64,000 nucleotides of DNA, taken from contig JAILRP010000082.1 of NCBI GenBank assembly GCA_024698075.1, positions 26,422 through 90,421 of the forward strand. Reading direction: 5' to 3'. Shown here one piece after another: positions 45,574 through 55,751 of this stretch. Below the pieces are notes generated by a model. That model had not been told where the DNA came from. It worked only from the letters and a program-made list of their open reading frames with translations, and did no database searches. The stretch is from Lachnospiraceae bacterium (GTDB lineage: Bacteria > Bacillota > Clostridia > Lachnospirales > Lachnospiraceae). Position numbers and translations under genes: made by a program. Each line of letters begins with the position of its first letter. Position 1 is the first letter of the stretch.

Positions 45574-48239
45574 CCTCCCTCAAACTGATTCAGATATTTC
45601 TTCTCAAACTCATCCCTTGGCATCGGCTTGTCAAAATAAAAGCCCTGAACCATCCTTACGTTCATGTTCTCAAGCGCCTTAAACTGCTCAACTGTCTCTA
45701 TTCCCTCAACGCATACCCGCACACCGAGTGCCTCCGCAAGTTCGCCTATCATCCTGACGAACGACTGTGCGTACTGGTCGGTAGCAAGATCCGTCACAAA
45801 TGTCTGGTCGACCTTTATGACATCGAGAGGTATCTCACGGATATGGTTGAGCGATGAATACCCCGTTCCGAAATCATCGAGAGCTATGCGTATTCCGAGC
45901 TTCTTGATCTCTCCGAGGATCTTCTTCATACGGTCCATATCATTTATGGCCAGCGATTCTGTAACCTCGAGAGTAAGGTTTCTCGGGTTGACGCCTATTT
46001 CTTCTATCGTCTTTCCTATATTTTCAACTATGTCGTTCTGCATGAGCTGAACAACCGAAAGATTGACGTTTACCTTGTAATACGGATGTCCGTTCTCGTT
46101 CCAATACTTAACGGCCTCACATGCCTTCCTCAGGACATGAAGCCCTATCGGATTGATAAGTCCGAGATACTCGGCCAGCGGTATGAAGTCCGCAGGCGAG
46201 ATGAACCCGAGCTCCGCTGAGTTCCATCTGATAAGCGCCTCTGCTCCCGTGCAGGGATTGCCGGGCTTCTTGATGTCGACGATCGGCTGATAGTAGACCT
46301 CAAACTGTTCATAATCCGTGGCAGTCGCCGCACGCATGCTCTTTTCCATGTCAAGGCGCTTATATGCCTCGGCATCTGATGAATCGGTGTAATGCGCCAG
46401 TTTGTTCTTTCCGGACTTCTTGGCGGTATACATGGCTATATCTGCCTTACGGATAAGATCCTGTACGGTCTCACCCTCATCCGGGAAAGTTACTATGCCT
46501 ATGCTGGATGTGCAGTAATAATCCGCACCCTTTAGGAACCAGGGCTTGTTAAATACGGTCCTGATGTTCTCGATTATCTCTTCAAACCTGTCAAAGCTCG
46601 TATGGGGAACTAAGATGACGAACTCATCGCCGCCCATTCGGTAGCAGGTATTTTCAACGCCGTGGATCCTTGTCAGGCTGTTTGATATGGCCTTCAGCAG
46701 AACGTCGCCGTACTGATGCCCAAGTCCGTCATTGATGTGCTTAAAGTCATCAAGGTCAAGGTATATGACCGCACCCCTTCCGCCGCATTCCTTTGCCTCA
46801 TCGACTATGCGGAGCAGGTCGCGCTCACAGCACATCCTGTTATAAAGGCCCGTGAGAAAGTCATTGTTCGCCTGCTGCTCTATCTTCTTCTGGTACTGCT
46901 TCTTCTCGGTTACATCGATTATCGCATAGAGCACTACCTTGCGCCCGTCAACCCACGTCATGTTCGTCGACGTAACGTCATACCAGCGGTTGCGCTCCTT
47001 GTAGTTCACTTCACGGTAGGATGATGCCGTATTGTAGCGGCTCGACTCCTCGAACAGGCTGACTATCGAGCCGTTCTTGAGCTCCTGCTCGAACGTGTTC
47101 TTGCACATCCTGTTGACATACACGATATTGGAGCTGTTAACGTCGCGTACATAGATCACCGACCCGACATTGTCAAGGATAGTCTCGAGCGACTTATAAG
47201 AACTTGTGATGGAGTTGCGCTGTATGCGGTTCGTGGCGCTTGACTGTATGACTTTCGTCGCGTCTCCGAAGAACTTGACCTCGTCTATGCCCCATTCCCT
47301 GCCGAGCTTGTTGTCGACATAGAATGCGTACATCGCGGTCTTGCCGTTTATCGCGATAGGTATAGCTATCGCAGCCGAAATCCCTATCGAATCAAGCCAG
47401 TCCCTGTTCTTCTCGTCGATCCTCGTGCGGTAGGAGATTATCTTTGTCTGGTCTCCTATCTGAGACAGGAACGACTGCGACATAATGTCTATTACCGGAT
47501 CGAGGGGTGATTCGCCTGCGCCGACATAGCTTCCGATTATATCGATCCCGTTTCCGTCCCTGTTAGGGCGCAGGACATAGGCGTGGCTTATCTCCGAATA
47601 CCTTCCCGCATAATCAAGCACCCTGTTGGCAATGACTTCGAATGCATCATCACTCGCAAGCTGGGATACGATCCCGGTCATGGCCTCTGAACGCTGAAGA
47701 GCCTTCTGCATCTCCTCGTTAGTGGATTTGGCGCGCTTGGCATCGGCGACCGCATTTGCGGCCGTATAAGTCTCACTGTATATCCTCTTTGATACTTCAC
47801 GGATAAGATCAACGGAAGCGTTGAACTTGTATGTCGGAATTGTACATTCGAAATTCGTTATATCGTTCTCACGGCCTTCATCCGGAGCCACGCCGCAGAC
47901 GAACCAGGCAAATGCCGGGGTTCCTCCTATCCTGACTCCCACCGTCGCGATCTTCATGTTCGGATACTGAGTATCCTCAATGACCTGCTCTTCGACGGAA
48001 TTGAAGAGCACCCTGTTTATGGCCGCCCTCAGCTGGAGCTCGTCAAGGAGCGATACGACTCTTGATATCTCCTCCGGGTTTCCGGACATCTCGGTGATCC
48101 TTTTGCCGTTTTCATCGACACAAAAAATAAACAGGTTCGCAACCTGTGCATAAACATCCTGCAGCTCCTGGAGCCTGGATGTGTCGATCATAAACTTTCC
48201 CGAAAGATCCGAATCTTTCGTTCCCCTATCAAAAGTCAT
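45570..48239 (-). CDS. Multidomain c-di-GMP signalling protein: N-terminal sensory region(s), PAS, GGDEF, EAL
   Basis: 889 aa. The GGDEF domain has an intact RMGGDEFVIL. The EAL domain has EALIRW, DDFGTGYSSL and KVDQTFV. A PAS-like segment lies around SLETILDNVGSVIYVRD. Confidence 0.9.
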   Translation of the reverse strand: MTFDRGTKDSDLSGKFMIDTSRLQELQDVYAQVANLFIFCVDENGKRITEMSGNPEEISRVVSLLDELQLRAAINRVLFNSVEEQVIEDTQYPNMKIATVGVRIGGTPAFAWFVCGVAPDEGRENDITNFECTIPTYKFNASVDLIREVSKRIYSETYTAANAVADAKRAKSTNEEMQKALQRSEAMTGIVSQLASDDAFEVIANRVLDYAGRYSEISHAYVLRPNRDGNGIDIIGSYVGAGESPLDPVIDIMSQSFLSQIGDQTKIISYRTRIDEKNRDWLDSIGISAAIAIPIAINGKTAMYAFYVDNKLGREWGIDEVKFFGDATKVIQSSATNRIQRNSITSSYKSLETILDNVGSVIYVRDVNSSNIVYVNRMCKNTFEQELKNGSIVSLFEESSRYNTASSYREVNYKERNRWYDVTSTNMTWVDGRKVVLYAIIDVTEKKQYQKKIEQQANNDFLTGLYNRMCCERDLLRIVDEAKECGGRGAVIYLDLDDFKHINDGLGHQYGDVLLKAISNSLTRIHGVENTCYRMGGDEFVILVPHTSFDRFEEIIENIRTVFNKPWFLKGADYYCTSSIGIVTFPDEGETVQDLIRKADIAMYTAKKSGKNKLAHYTDSSDAEAYKRLDMEKSMRAATATDYEQFEVYYQPIVDIKKPGNPCTGAEALIRWNSAELGFISPADFIPLAEYLGLINPIGLHVLRKACEAVKYWNENGHPYYKVNVNLSVVQLMQNDIVENIGKTIEEIGVNPRNLTLEVTESLAINDMDRMKKILGEIKKLGIRIALDDFGTGYSSLNHIREIPLDVIKVDQTFVTDLATDQYAQSFVRMIGELAEALGVRVCVEGIETVEQFKALENMNVRMVQGFYFDKPMPRDEFEKKYLNQFEGG

Positions 48240-48316
48240 AAACAGAAATATCTTTCAAATAAATATAATCAACCTAATATATTCTACTGTATAAGCGCAT
48301 GATTTTCAATATTGAT

Positions 48317-49852
48317 TTAATCCGAGAACTTGACGACGAGCACTCCGTCAACCATTTTCACGGATCCGCTGTCCGGATAAACGCTCATGCTTTCGGCGGC
48401 GCCGAGTACGCTCTCCTCATCACCTTCCACACGCGAAAATCCGCACCAGATGTTCATCATCTCTTCCCAGGCAAAATCATTTATCAGCGAATTACCCTGG
48501 AAGGGAGGAAGGTATATCGGATCGAACAGCTTCGTGCCGTTAAGGCCGTCATCATTCTTGTTCCTGTCCCCGATGTAGACGATGGGTGTGTCTTTTGTAT
48601 ATCCTTCCGTTGAAGTCATCCGAAAGATCAGGGTATTGAAATAGCTTATGGCCTCGCTCTGCATGACGTATGCTTTCAGATAGCAGACATTGGCATATCT
48701 TACAAAGAGCAGGCTGATCGCCAGCATGAGCGCCACGCTTATCTTTCGAAGCGCGATGCATGCCTTTTGGCTGTTCTTCATCCGCTCGATGACATATGCG
48801 GCCAGGATGAACATGAACGCCTCACCGTACGTCATTCCGCCATGGGAATCCTCCTCGCCGACCATTACGTAGATGAAATACGAAAACAGCGGGCTTACGG
48901 CTACGAGCAGCCCGACCTGGACCATACGGCGCCGGTCCAGCTCCCACAGCATAAAGGCGGCGAGCACGAACACACAGACCACGAGCACCATATGGAAATA
49001 CTTGATGTTCCACGGGAACATGTTGGCGGACACGCCGTCATAGTTTATATAGTCGGCCGGCTTTATGAATCTTTTGTATGCGGTGACGATCCGGCGGATG
49101 TAATCCGCGGGCGATGTCATCCCGAAGCTTGAAACGCCTTTGTAGTCATACATCACGCGTCCCTTAGCTTTCAGGAAGATGATATTCGTTATAAAATACT
49201 CGGCCATAAACAGCGCGCACATGAGCGCATTCTTGGCAGCAAGGATGATATATTCCTTCCACTTCATGTCCCGCATATAAGCCTCATCGAGCATGAACAG
49301 CAGGAGCACCATCATGTTTATCGGAATGTTTGACTGGTATATGCCCGTGGAAAGGCACATAAGAACAGAGCATACGGCAAATGAGAGGATATTTTTCTTC
49401 CGGTACCAGTAATATGCCCCGAGAACACCGAGTGCCGCGCCCGGATAATAATACGGTGCGGTATAAACGAATCCGAATATGTTCGTTACGGCCGGGAAGC
49501 AGACCATTATGCCGCAAAGAGCCGTGATGAGGACTCTGTCCTCGATCCCAAGCTTTCTGCAGATCAGATAGATCATGACTCCGATCCCGGCTATCGTCAG
49601 TATCCCGTTGAATGCCGGCGTGCTGTAGTGAAGGCTTCCGAAGATCTTTTCAAAGATCTCGCCCAACGCGCCGAGCCCCCATCTTCCGAGCTCATATGTC
49701 TCACCGACCCCGTTGAACCATGCGGCATCGTCATGGAAAGAGAACTTTCCGAACATGGCCGCTCCGTGGGCAAAGATGCCCCATCCCATGCAGGCGGCCG
49801 CAATGAGCCCTATCCTCTTGTCCTTTACAAAACCGTTGTCCATATGTCTCAT
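48317..49852 (-). CDS. Polytopic membrane protein, GtrII/GT-C-like putative glucosyltransferase
   Basis: About 511 aa from MRHMDNGF (RBS GGAAGGA). It has more than 10 TM segments and a C-terminal soluble domain. The resemblance to the serotype-converting membrane glucosyltransferase family is from memory and tentative. Confidence 0.55.
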   Translation of the reverse strand: MRHMDNGFVKDKRIGLIAAACMGWGIFAHGAAMFGKFSFHDDAAWFNGVGETYELGRWGLGALGEIFEKIFGSLHYSTPAFNGILTIAGIGVMIYLICRKLGIEDRVLITALCGIMVCFPAVTNIFGFVYTAPYYYPGAALGVLGAYYWYRKKNILSFAVCSVLMCLSTGIYQSNIPINMMVLLLFMLDEAYMRDMKWKEYIILAAKNALMCALFMAEYFITNIIFLKAKGRVMYDYKGVSSFGMTSPADYIRRIVTAYKRFIKPADYINYDGVSANMFPWNIKYFHMVLVVCVFVLAAFMLWELDRRRMVQVGLLVAVSPLFSYFIYVMVGEEDSHGGMTYGEAFMFILAAYVIERMKNSQKACIALRKISVALMLAISLLFVRYANVCYLKAYVMQSEAISYFNTLIFRMTSTEGYTKDTPIVYIGDRNKNDDGLNGTKLFDPIYLPPFQGNSLINDFAWEEMMNIWCGFSRVEGDEESVLGAAESMSVYPDSGSVKMVDGVLVVKFSD

Positions 49853-49877
49853 ATTTCCTTCCGAAAACAAAAAAAGG

Positions 49878-50630
49878 CTATTTTGCCTTTTTCTGATAAA
49901 CCGCGATGCCGACAAGTGACGCAGCAATGCCGTACACGATGCCGAGCGTGATGATGAGCGGGACGCTCCTGTCGGGATACGACGGATACGGAACGAGCCC
50001 GAAGCTCTGTGTTATCGTATATCTCCTGATAAGCCTGAAAAAAGCGATATCAAACTTATCAAGTGACAGGATCCTGATGAACTGCGGGATTATCACCGTC
50101 AGGAAGACAAAGCCCGCAAACGTCTTCCATTTCTCATCGAAGATGAGCAGGAACATGACCGCAAACGATATTCCGGCAAACCACAGCGGAAGCGACAGTG
50201 CCGCCTTGCTAAGAAAGCTCCTCACGACACCGGGTAGTATGGCCCCCTCATTTATGTGGAACAGGGACGTTACGGCATACAGAAGGATGAATGCTGCCAC
50301 GAGAAATACTGCGGCAAGCATCAGTGATGCGGCAAGCTTTGAAACATATACCTGCCACGGCTTCAGGCCGCGCGCGTCGGGATCTTCCCGCCCGGCGGCG
50401 ATATAGGCTATCAGTATGCAGCTGTAGTAAGGCAGCAGGAAACACCACGAAGCATACTCAAAAACGTTGTACGAAAATGTTCCCTCATTTGTCCCATATA
50501 TGAAGCGGAAGCTTATGACGGCGATATTTGCCAGGATTATGATCCCAAGCGTCCCTATGAGATACCAGAGGGTGCCCTTTGAGCAAACCGCTTTTTTAAA
50601 ACTGTCTGAAATATACTTGATCATGATCAC
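49878..50630 (-). CDS. Six-TM membrane protein of unknown function (ABC-2-permease-like topology)
   Basis: 250 aa and hydrophobic. The ATG overlaps the guaB stop (ATGA). A weak hairpin with a T-rich tail lies at its 3' end (49871-49892). Confidence 0.6.
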   Translation of the reverse strand: MIMIKYISDSFKKAVCSKGTLWYLIGTLGIIILANIAVISFRFIYGTNEGTFSYNVFEYASWCFLLPYYSCILIAYIAAGREDPDARGLKPWQVYVSKLAASLMLAAVFLVAAFILLYAVTSLFHINEGAILPGVVRSFLSKAALSLPLWFAGISFAVMFLLIFDEKWKTFAGFVFLTVIIPQFIRILSLDKFDIAFFRLIRRYTITQSFGLVPYPSYPDRSVPLIITLGIVYGIAASLVGIAVYQKKAK

Positions 50631-52081
50631 TCATCGACCGAATAGTTCGGAGCTTCCTTCGTAATGTGGATGTCATGCGGATGACTTTCGCGCAGCGCCG
50701 CGGCGGATATCTTGACGAACTTGCCGTTGCGCTTTAAATCTTCTATCGTGGGCGTTCCGCAGTAGCCCATTCCGGAACGGATGCCTCCGATAAGCTGGAA
50801 TACGGTATCCTCAACCGTGCCCTTATATGCGACACGTCCCTCGACTCCTTCGGGGACGAGCTTCTTGGCATTTGACTGGAAATACCTGTCACGGCTGCCG
50901 CTCTCCATGGCCGAGATCGAACCCATTCCGCGGTATACTTTGTATTTTCTTCCCTGATACAGTTCGAAGGTTCCCGGGCTCTCGTCACATCCGGCAAAGA
51001 TCGAACCCATCATGCACACGTTTGCACCCGCGGCGATGGCCTTTGTCATGTCTCCCGAATACTTGATGCCTCCGTCGGCGATTATCGGGATGTCATGTTT
51101 CCTGGCGACCTCATAGCAGTCCATTATCGCGGATATCTGCGGAACACCTATTCCGGCAACGATCCTCGTCGTGCATATCGAACCGGGGCCTATGCCCACC
51201 TTGACCGCATCGCATCCGGCATCTATGAGCGCCTGTGTTCCCTCTCCGGTCGCAACATTTCCGCCGATGAGGGGAAGGTTGGGATATGCGTCTTTTATCA
51301 TCCTTGCGCACTTTAAGACATTTTCCGAATGACCGTGTGCGCTGTCTAGAACGACTACGTCCACTTTGGCCGCGACAAGTGCCTCCACCCTCTCGAGAAC
51401 GTTAGCCGTGATCCCAACGCCCGCACCGCACAGGAGCCTTCCCTGTGCATCCTTTGCGGAGTTCGGGTATTTTATCTGTTTCTCAAGGTCCTTTATCGTA
51501 ATGAGTCCCTTAAGGAAAAAATCATCATCGACTATCGGAAGCTTTTCCTTCCTTGCCTTCGCCAGTATCTTCTTGGCATCTTCGAGCGTAATGCCTTCCT
51601 TTGCCGTGACGAGGTTCTCGCTCGTCATGCAGTCCCTGATCTTCTGGCTGAAATCGGTTTCAAACTTAAGGTCACGGTTGGTGATGATACCGACAAGCTT
51701 GCCGTTTTCCGTGATCGGAACGCCCGATATCCTGTACTTGGCCATAAGTTCGTCGGCATCTTCAAGTGTATGTTCAGGGGACAGTGAAAACGGATCTGTA
51801 ATGACGCCGTTCTCCGAACGCTTAACCTTATCGACCTCATCGGCCTGTTCCTCAATGCTCATGTTCTTGTGGATTATGCCTATGCCGCCCTGCCTGGCCA
51901 TGGCTATCGCCATCCTGTGCTCGGTAACGGTATCCATTCCGGCACTCATCATCGGAATATTGAGCTTAATGCCGCTTGTAAGATACGTTGTAACGTCCAC
52001 CTGGTTGCCGATGACATTCGAATAACCCGGTATCAGGAGTACGTCATCAAAGGTTATGCCTTCTGAAATAATCTGTCCCAT
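50627..52081 (-). CDS. guaB: IMP dehydrogenase
   Basis: The start [18 protein letters not shown] has the RBS GGAGGAAAA. It has the CBS pair and the catalytic loop [11 protein letters not shown]. Confidence 0.96.
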   Translation of the reverse strand: MGQIISEGITFDDVLLIPGYSNVIGNQVDVTTYLTSGIKLNIPMMSAGMDTVTEHRMAIAMARQGGIGIIHKNMSIEEQADEVDKVKRSENGVITDPFSLSPEHTLEDADELMAKYRISGVPITENGKLVGIITNRDLKFETDFSQKIRDCMTSENLVTAKEGITLEDAKKILAKARKEKLPIVDDDFFLKGLITIKDLEKQIKYPNSAKDAQGRLLCGAGVGITANVLERVEALVAAKVDVVVLDSAHGHSENVLKCARMIKDAYPNLPLIGGNVATGEGTQALIDAGCDAVKVGIGPGSICTTRIVAGIGVPQISAIMDCYEVARKHDIPIIADGGIKYSGDMTKAIAAGANVCMMGSIFAGCDESPGTFELYQGRKYKVYRGMGSISAMESGSRDRYFQSNAKKLVPEGVEGRVAYKGTVEDTVFQLIGGIRSGMGYCGTPTIEDLKRNGKFVKISAAALRESHPHDIHITKEAPNYSVDE

Positions 52082-52125
52082 TTTTCCTCCTTTCAGACTG
52101 CAGGTTCCGCCCATAGGGTGCAGAC

Positions 52126-52626
52126 CTACCTGACAAGCTTGCGCGGGAACACGGTTGAGACCGCCCGCAGCATCTCCTCGTTTGGCTCTATATTGACCAG
52201 CACCGTGCCTTCCCTGTCTGCCTCATATACTATGGTGTAGACATCGGCGCCATCAATCCGTGATGAAAAATCATATGTCTTAAGTCCCCTCGACCTGTAC
52301 TGGTCGAGCTCATGCGAGCCTGCGGGGGCCATAATGGCCATCCTGTTAAGATCGACCGTATAAACGTGCTTTCTCTTTTCCTTTGACATGATCTTGTCTA
52401 TCGAGATCTCCCTGTCGATGTAAAGATACTCGTACTCAAGGTCAAAGTACGGAAGCACAAAATATGCCACGAGGAATGAAACCGCCGTGACAATGAAGAA
52501 AAGCCCGTATCCGATCATGGCCATCAGAAAACACGCGACGGCCAGCGCATAAAGAAATATCTTCAGCGCATAAAGAAGCGGATTCTTTTTCCTTGCAACC
52601 ATAACCTCAACATATGTGTCGTTCAT
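52126..52626 (-). CDS. Hypothetical two-TM membrane protein
   Basis: 166 aa with an N-terminal hydrophobic hairpin followed by a soluble domain. It lies upstream of guaB. I cannot confidently assign a family. Confidence 0.6.
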   Translation of the reverse strand: MNDTYVEVMVARKKNPLLYALKIFLYALAVACFLMAMIGYGLFFIVTAVSFLVAYFVLPYFDLEYEYLYIDREISIDKIMSKEKRKHVYTVDLNRMAIMAPAGSHELDQYRSRGLKTYDFSSRIDGADVYTIVYEADREGTVLVNIEPNEEMLRAVSTVFPRKLVR

Positions 52627-52701
52627 TCTGCCACCCCACTATATTTTGTTAATTATAATATCTGCTGCCGCTTATGTTCAATAGGCAAAATAGCCTATGA
52701 T

Positions 52702-54567
52702 TTAACGTACAGGCCTCAATGTTTTGGTATCATTTTCATTTACGGCCCGGTAGAGCACTCCTGCGCGAAGCGCGCCGTCCCCGTCCGTAAGGGCCGCAGT
52801 CTCGTCCCAGCTGCCGCCATATGCCTTTTCGGCATTATACGCCACATAAACATAATCCGCCATATGATCCGTTATGAACCCGGAGATGTCATTTTCCACG
52901 GCGGGAACATTTATAAAAAGGTCTATGGGTTGGGGGACCGCACAGTATTCGATGAACTGGGTAGTCTCATCCCAGGCATCCGCTACAACGGTAAGCCTCG
53001 CCGTCCCGTCATGCGGAAGGTCCATCCCGCCTATCCCCGACTGTTCCCATTCACTCTCTGCCGCCTCGGCCATCGCCGCATATTCGGCATCAAACATCTC
53101 CCGGTATCCTCCCGGGAGAAGATACTGCTTCATGTCCGCATACGGAAGGAGTGCGGTAAATACCGCAGTGCCTGCCACGAGAATGACCGTGCTCATCTTT
53201 CCGGCCGTGTCTGAAAATCCGTCACGTGCTGCCCGTATCAGAAGGACGGAATATGCAAGGAACAGTCCGCCGAGGCACTGCATGATATACCTGTCAAATT
53301 CAAGAAGCCCGTGGGCCTCCCATTCGTCGAACACGAACAGGTACATGCTGATGTGCGATACGGCAAAGACCGCAAGGCATGCCGCTGACGTTATGAACAT
53401 TCCCCTTCCCCGCCTGCCTTCCGGATCTTTAGATGCCAGGAATACGGCAGCGATGAATACAGTCAGCATAAGTGCCGTTGCTCCGGCTTTCGCTCCGTTA
53501 AGCGGTGCCTTCAGGAAATGCACCAGATAATTCCGAAGCACCTCGCCCGTATATTCCGGAAGCGAAAATCCCCCGCCTGCTATCCCTGACTTCACACGGT
53601 TTGACAGATACCCGTTGTTCCCCGAAACGCGAAGGAACAGCTGCCAGCTGAGATAAAAAAATGCCGCGGCTCCCACGGGAGAAGCTGCCGACAGAATGAT
53701 CCTTCCTTTGGCTCCCCCACTCTCCCGGTATCCGGAAAAACCACGAACAGCGATCATCGCGGCGGCAAAGACCGCAAGGACTATCCCGCTCGTCTTTATG
53801 AGGACAAGGAACGAAAGCGAGGATATCAGGCACGCGAGCCGGAATCTTTCATCTTCTTCCATGAAGCAGCAGATGATGGCATATCCGAAAACAAGTGCAA
53901 GGAAAATATCTACTCCGAGCCTGTAGTAAAACTGCGGGGTCAGTATGTGCGGGAATATGATATAGAATATGACGGAACACGCCCTGACCGCGATGCTTTT
54001 AGACTTCTGACCCGCCGACAGGATCGGGAGCAGCAGTACGTATATGAAGCAGACATTCGTCATGAACAGGAGCGGCTCCGAGAACGAGCTCCTTGCGAAC
54101 TGCACGAGATACTGAAGTATCTGTATTATCGGGGTATAGTCCTTATAATCGACCGAGCAGTTCTCATACAGGTAAGGCAGGCGGCCGATCGAAAAGATGT
54201 TCTTCGTATAGAGGCCCCAGTATGAAAGGTCATCATAGTAGAAAACACGCCGGTTATACATGAGCGCACAGAACAGTGCGCAAACCCCCGCAAGCATGAT
54301 CAGCGGAAGGTGGCACCGAAGGCCTCCTGACGGTACTTCTGCTTCAGGCGCGTTTCTTACGCGCAGTTTCATAAAGCTGAATATGAAAAAGGCACACGAT
54401 GCTGCGGCGCATATGATAACGGCCGGAGCGAGCGGCATTATGAGTGCGAGGATATAGACTGCCAGCACGGTAGAAAATACCGCGGCCGGAACAGTATCAT
54501 ATATTTTTTTTCTGAAAGCCATGCTGAAAGCAATGGCATTTATCAATATCAGAACAGCTGCGATCAT
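52702..54567 (-). CDS. Large polytopic membrane protein (GT-C/polymerase-like), function unknown
   Basis: 621 aa with about 14 hydrophobic segments and a ~170-aa C-terminal soluble domain. The RBS is GAGGGG. It is divergent from the GT2-GtrA gene. Confidence 0.6.
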   Translation of the reverse strand: MIAAVLILINAIAFSMAFRKKIYDTVPAAVFSTVLAVYILALIMPLAPAVIICAAASCAFFIFSFMKLRVRNAPEAEVPSGGLRCHLPLIMLAGVCALFCALMYNRRVFYYDDLSYWGLYTKNIFSIGRLPYLYENCSVDYKDYTPIIQILQYLVQFARSSFSEPLLFMTNVCFIYVLLLPILSAGQKSKSIAVRACSVIFYIIFPHILTPQFYYRLGVDIFLALVFGYAIICCFMEEDERFRLACLISSLSFLVLIKTSGIVLAVFAAAMIAVRGFSGYRESGGAKGRIILSAASPVGAAAFFYLSWQLFLRVSGNNGYLSNRVKSGIAGGGFSLPEYTGEVLRNYLVHFLKAPLNGAKAGATALMLTVFIAAVFLASKDPEGRRGRGMFITSAACLAVFAVSHISMYLFVFDEWEAHGLLEFDRYIMQCLGGLFLAYSVLLIRAARDGFSDTAGKMSTVILVAGTAVFTALLPYADMKQYLLPGGYREMFDAEYAAMAEAAESEWEQSGIGGMDLPHDGTARLTVVADAWDETTQFIEYCAVPQPIDLFINVPAVENDISGFITDHMADYVYVAYNAEKAYGGSWDETAALTDGDGALRAGVLYRAVNENDTKTLRPVR

Positions 54568-54680
54568 TTGTGCCCCTCAGGCGTCGTAATGTCTGTTACG
54601 TCATCATCTGTTGATTATAGCATAACCTGCCTGTCAATTCTTTCTTGCGAAATAAGAGATATTGGGTTATAAATCATATT

Positions 54681-55751
54681 ATGAACTATCTGATAGTAAT
54701 TCCCGCCCTCAATCCGGGGGACGGGCTCATACAATACGTGGAAGATCTTCTTTCCGGCGGATATAAGCATATACTGGTAGTCGACGACGGAAGCAGGGAC
54801 GGCTGCCGGTATATTTTTGATGCCATAGCCGGAAAGGAAGGCTGCGAAGTGCTCCGCCATGAGGTCAACATGGGAAAAGGGCGGGCACTGAAAGATGCCA
54901 TGGTCCGTTATCTTTCATCATATGCGGGCGATGGCAGCTTCGGAGGCATCATCACCGCCGACTCAGACGGTCAGCATACTGTGGAAGACGTCGGAAAAGT
55001 CGCATCTGCGCTTAACGAGTCTCCGGAAAGCCTCATACTCGGAGCAAGGGATTTTAACGCAGGCAATGTCCCCCCGAAAAGCAGGTTCGGAAACAAATGC
55101 ACCATTGTTGCCCTGCGCCTGTTCATCGGCGGAAGCATAAGCGATACGCAGACCGGGCTTAGGGGCATACCGGACTCGATGATAGAGCGATTTTCCAAGC
55201 TCTCCGGTGAAAGGTTCGAGTACGAGACCGTGATGCTGACCGATGCCATACACGGCCATCTTCCCATCAGGGAAGTTCCGATAAAGACTGTCTACATCAA
55301 CAACAACAGTGAAACACATTTCAATCCGATAAAAGATTCCGTCAGGATATACAGCGTGATCCTCGGCACTTTTTTCAGGTATTCACTCTCATCGCTTTCA
55401 TCCTTTGTGGTCGATTATGCGCTGTTCCTCGGAATATATCATCTTCTTACCGGGTCCGGCACCGGTACGGGGCGGGCGGTATGGCTCGCCACGGCCAGTG
55501 CACGCGTATGCTCATCGCTCTTCAACTACACGCTCAACAAGAAAGTCGTTTTCAGGAGCAGGCGCGGGCCGGTAACGCTTCTTCTTTACTATACGCTCTG
55601 TGTCACACAGGCGGCATGCTCTGCGGCGCTCGTCAACCTGCTCGGGTCCGTGTCCGTTCCGGTCTCGGCCGCCAAGATAATCGTCGACTGCATACTCTTC
55701 GTGATCAGCTACCGCGTTCAGAAAGGCCTGATCTTCAAGTCAGGTCAGTGA
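54681..55751 (+). CDS. Bifunctional GT2 glycosyltransferase / GtrA-family membrane protein fusion
   Basis: LIVIPALNPG...VVDDGSRDG...TADSDGQH (GT2 DxD region), followed by four TM helices with a GtrA-like pattern (FRYSLSSLSSFVVDYALF...YTLNKKVVF). I moved the start to the first ATG because the ORF-track start is TTG. Confidence 0.82.
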   Translation: MNYLIVIPALNPGDGLIQYVEDLLSGGYKHILVVDDGSRDGCRYIFDAIAGKEGCEVLRHEVNMGKGRALKDAMVRYLSSYAGDGSFGGIITADSDGQHTVEDVGKVASALNESPESLILGARDFNAGNVPPKSRFGNKCTIVALRLFIGGSISDTQTGLRGIPDSMIERFSKLSGERFEYETVMLTDAIHGHLPIREVPIKTVYINNNSETHFNPIKDSVRIYSVILGTFFRYSLSSLSSFVVDYALFLGIYHLLTGSGTGTGRAVWLATASARVCSSLFNYTLNKKVVFRSRRGPVTLLLYYTLCVTQAACSAALVNLLGSVSVPVSAAKIIVDCILFVISYRVQKGLIFKSGQ

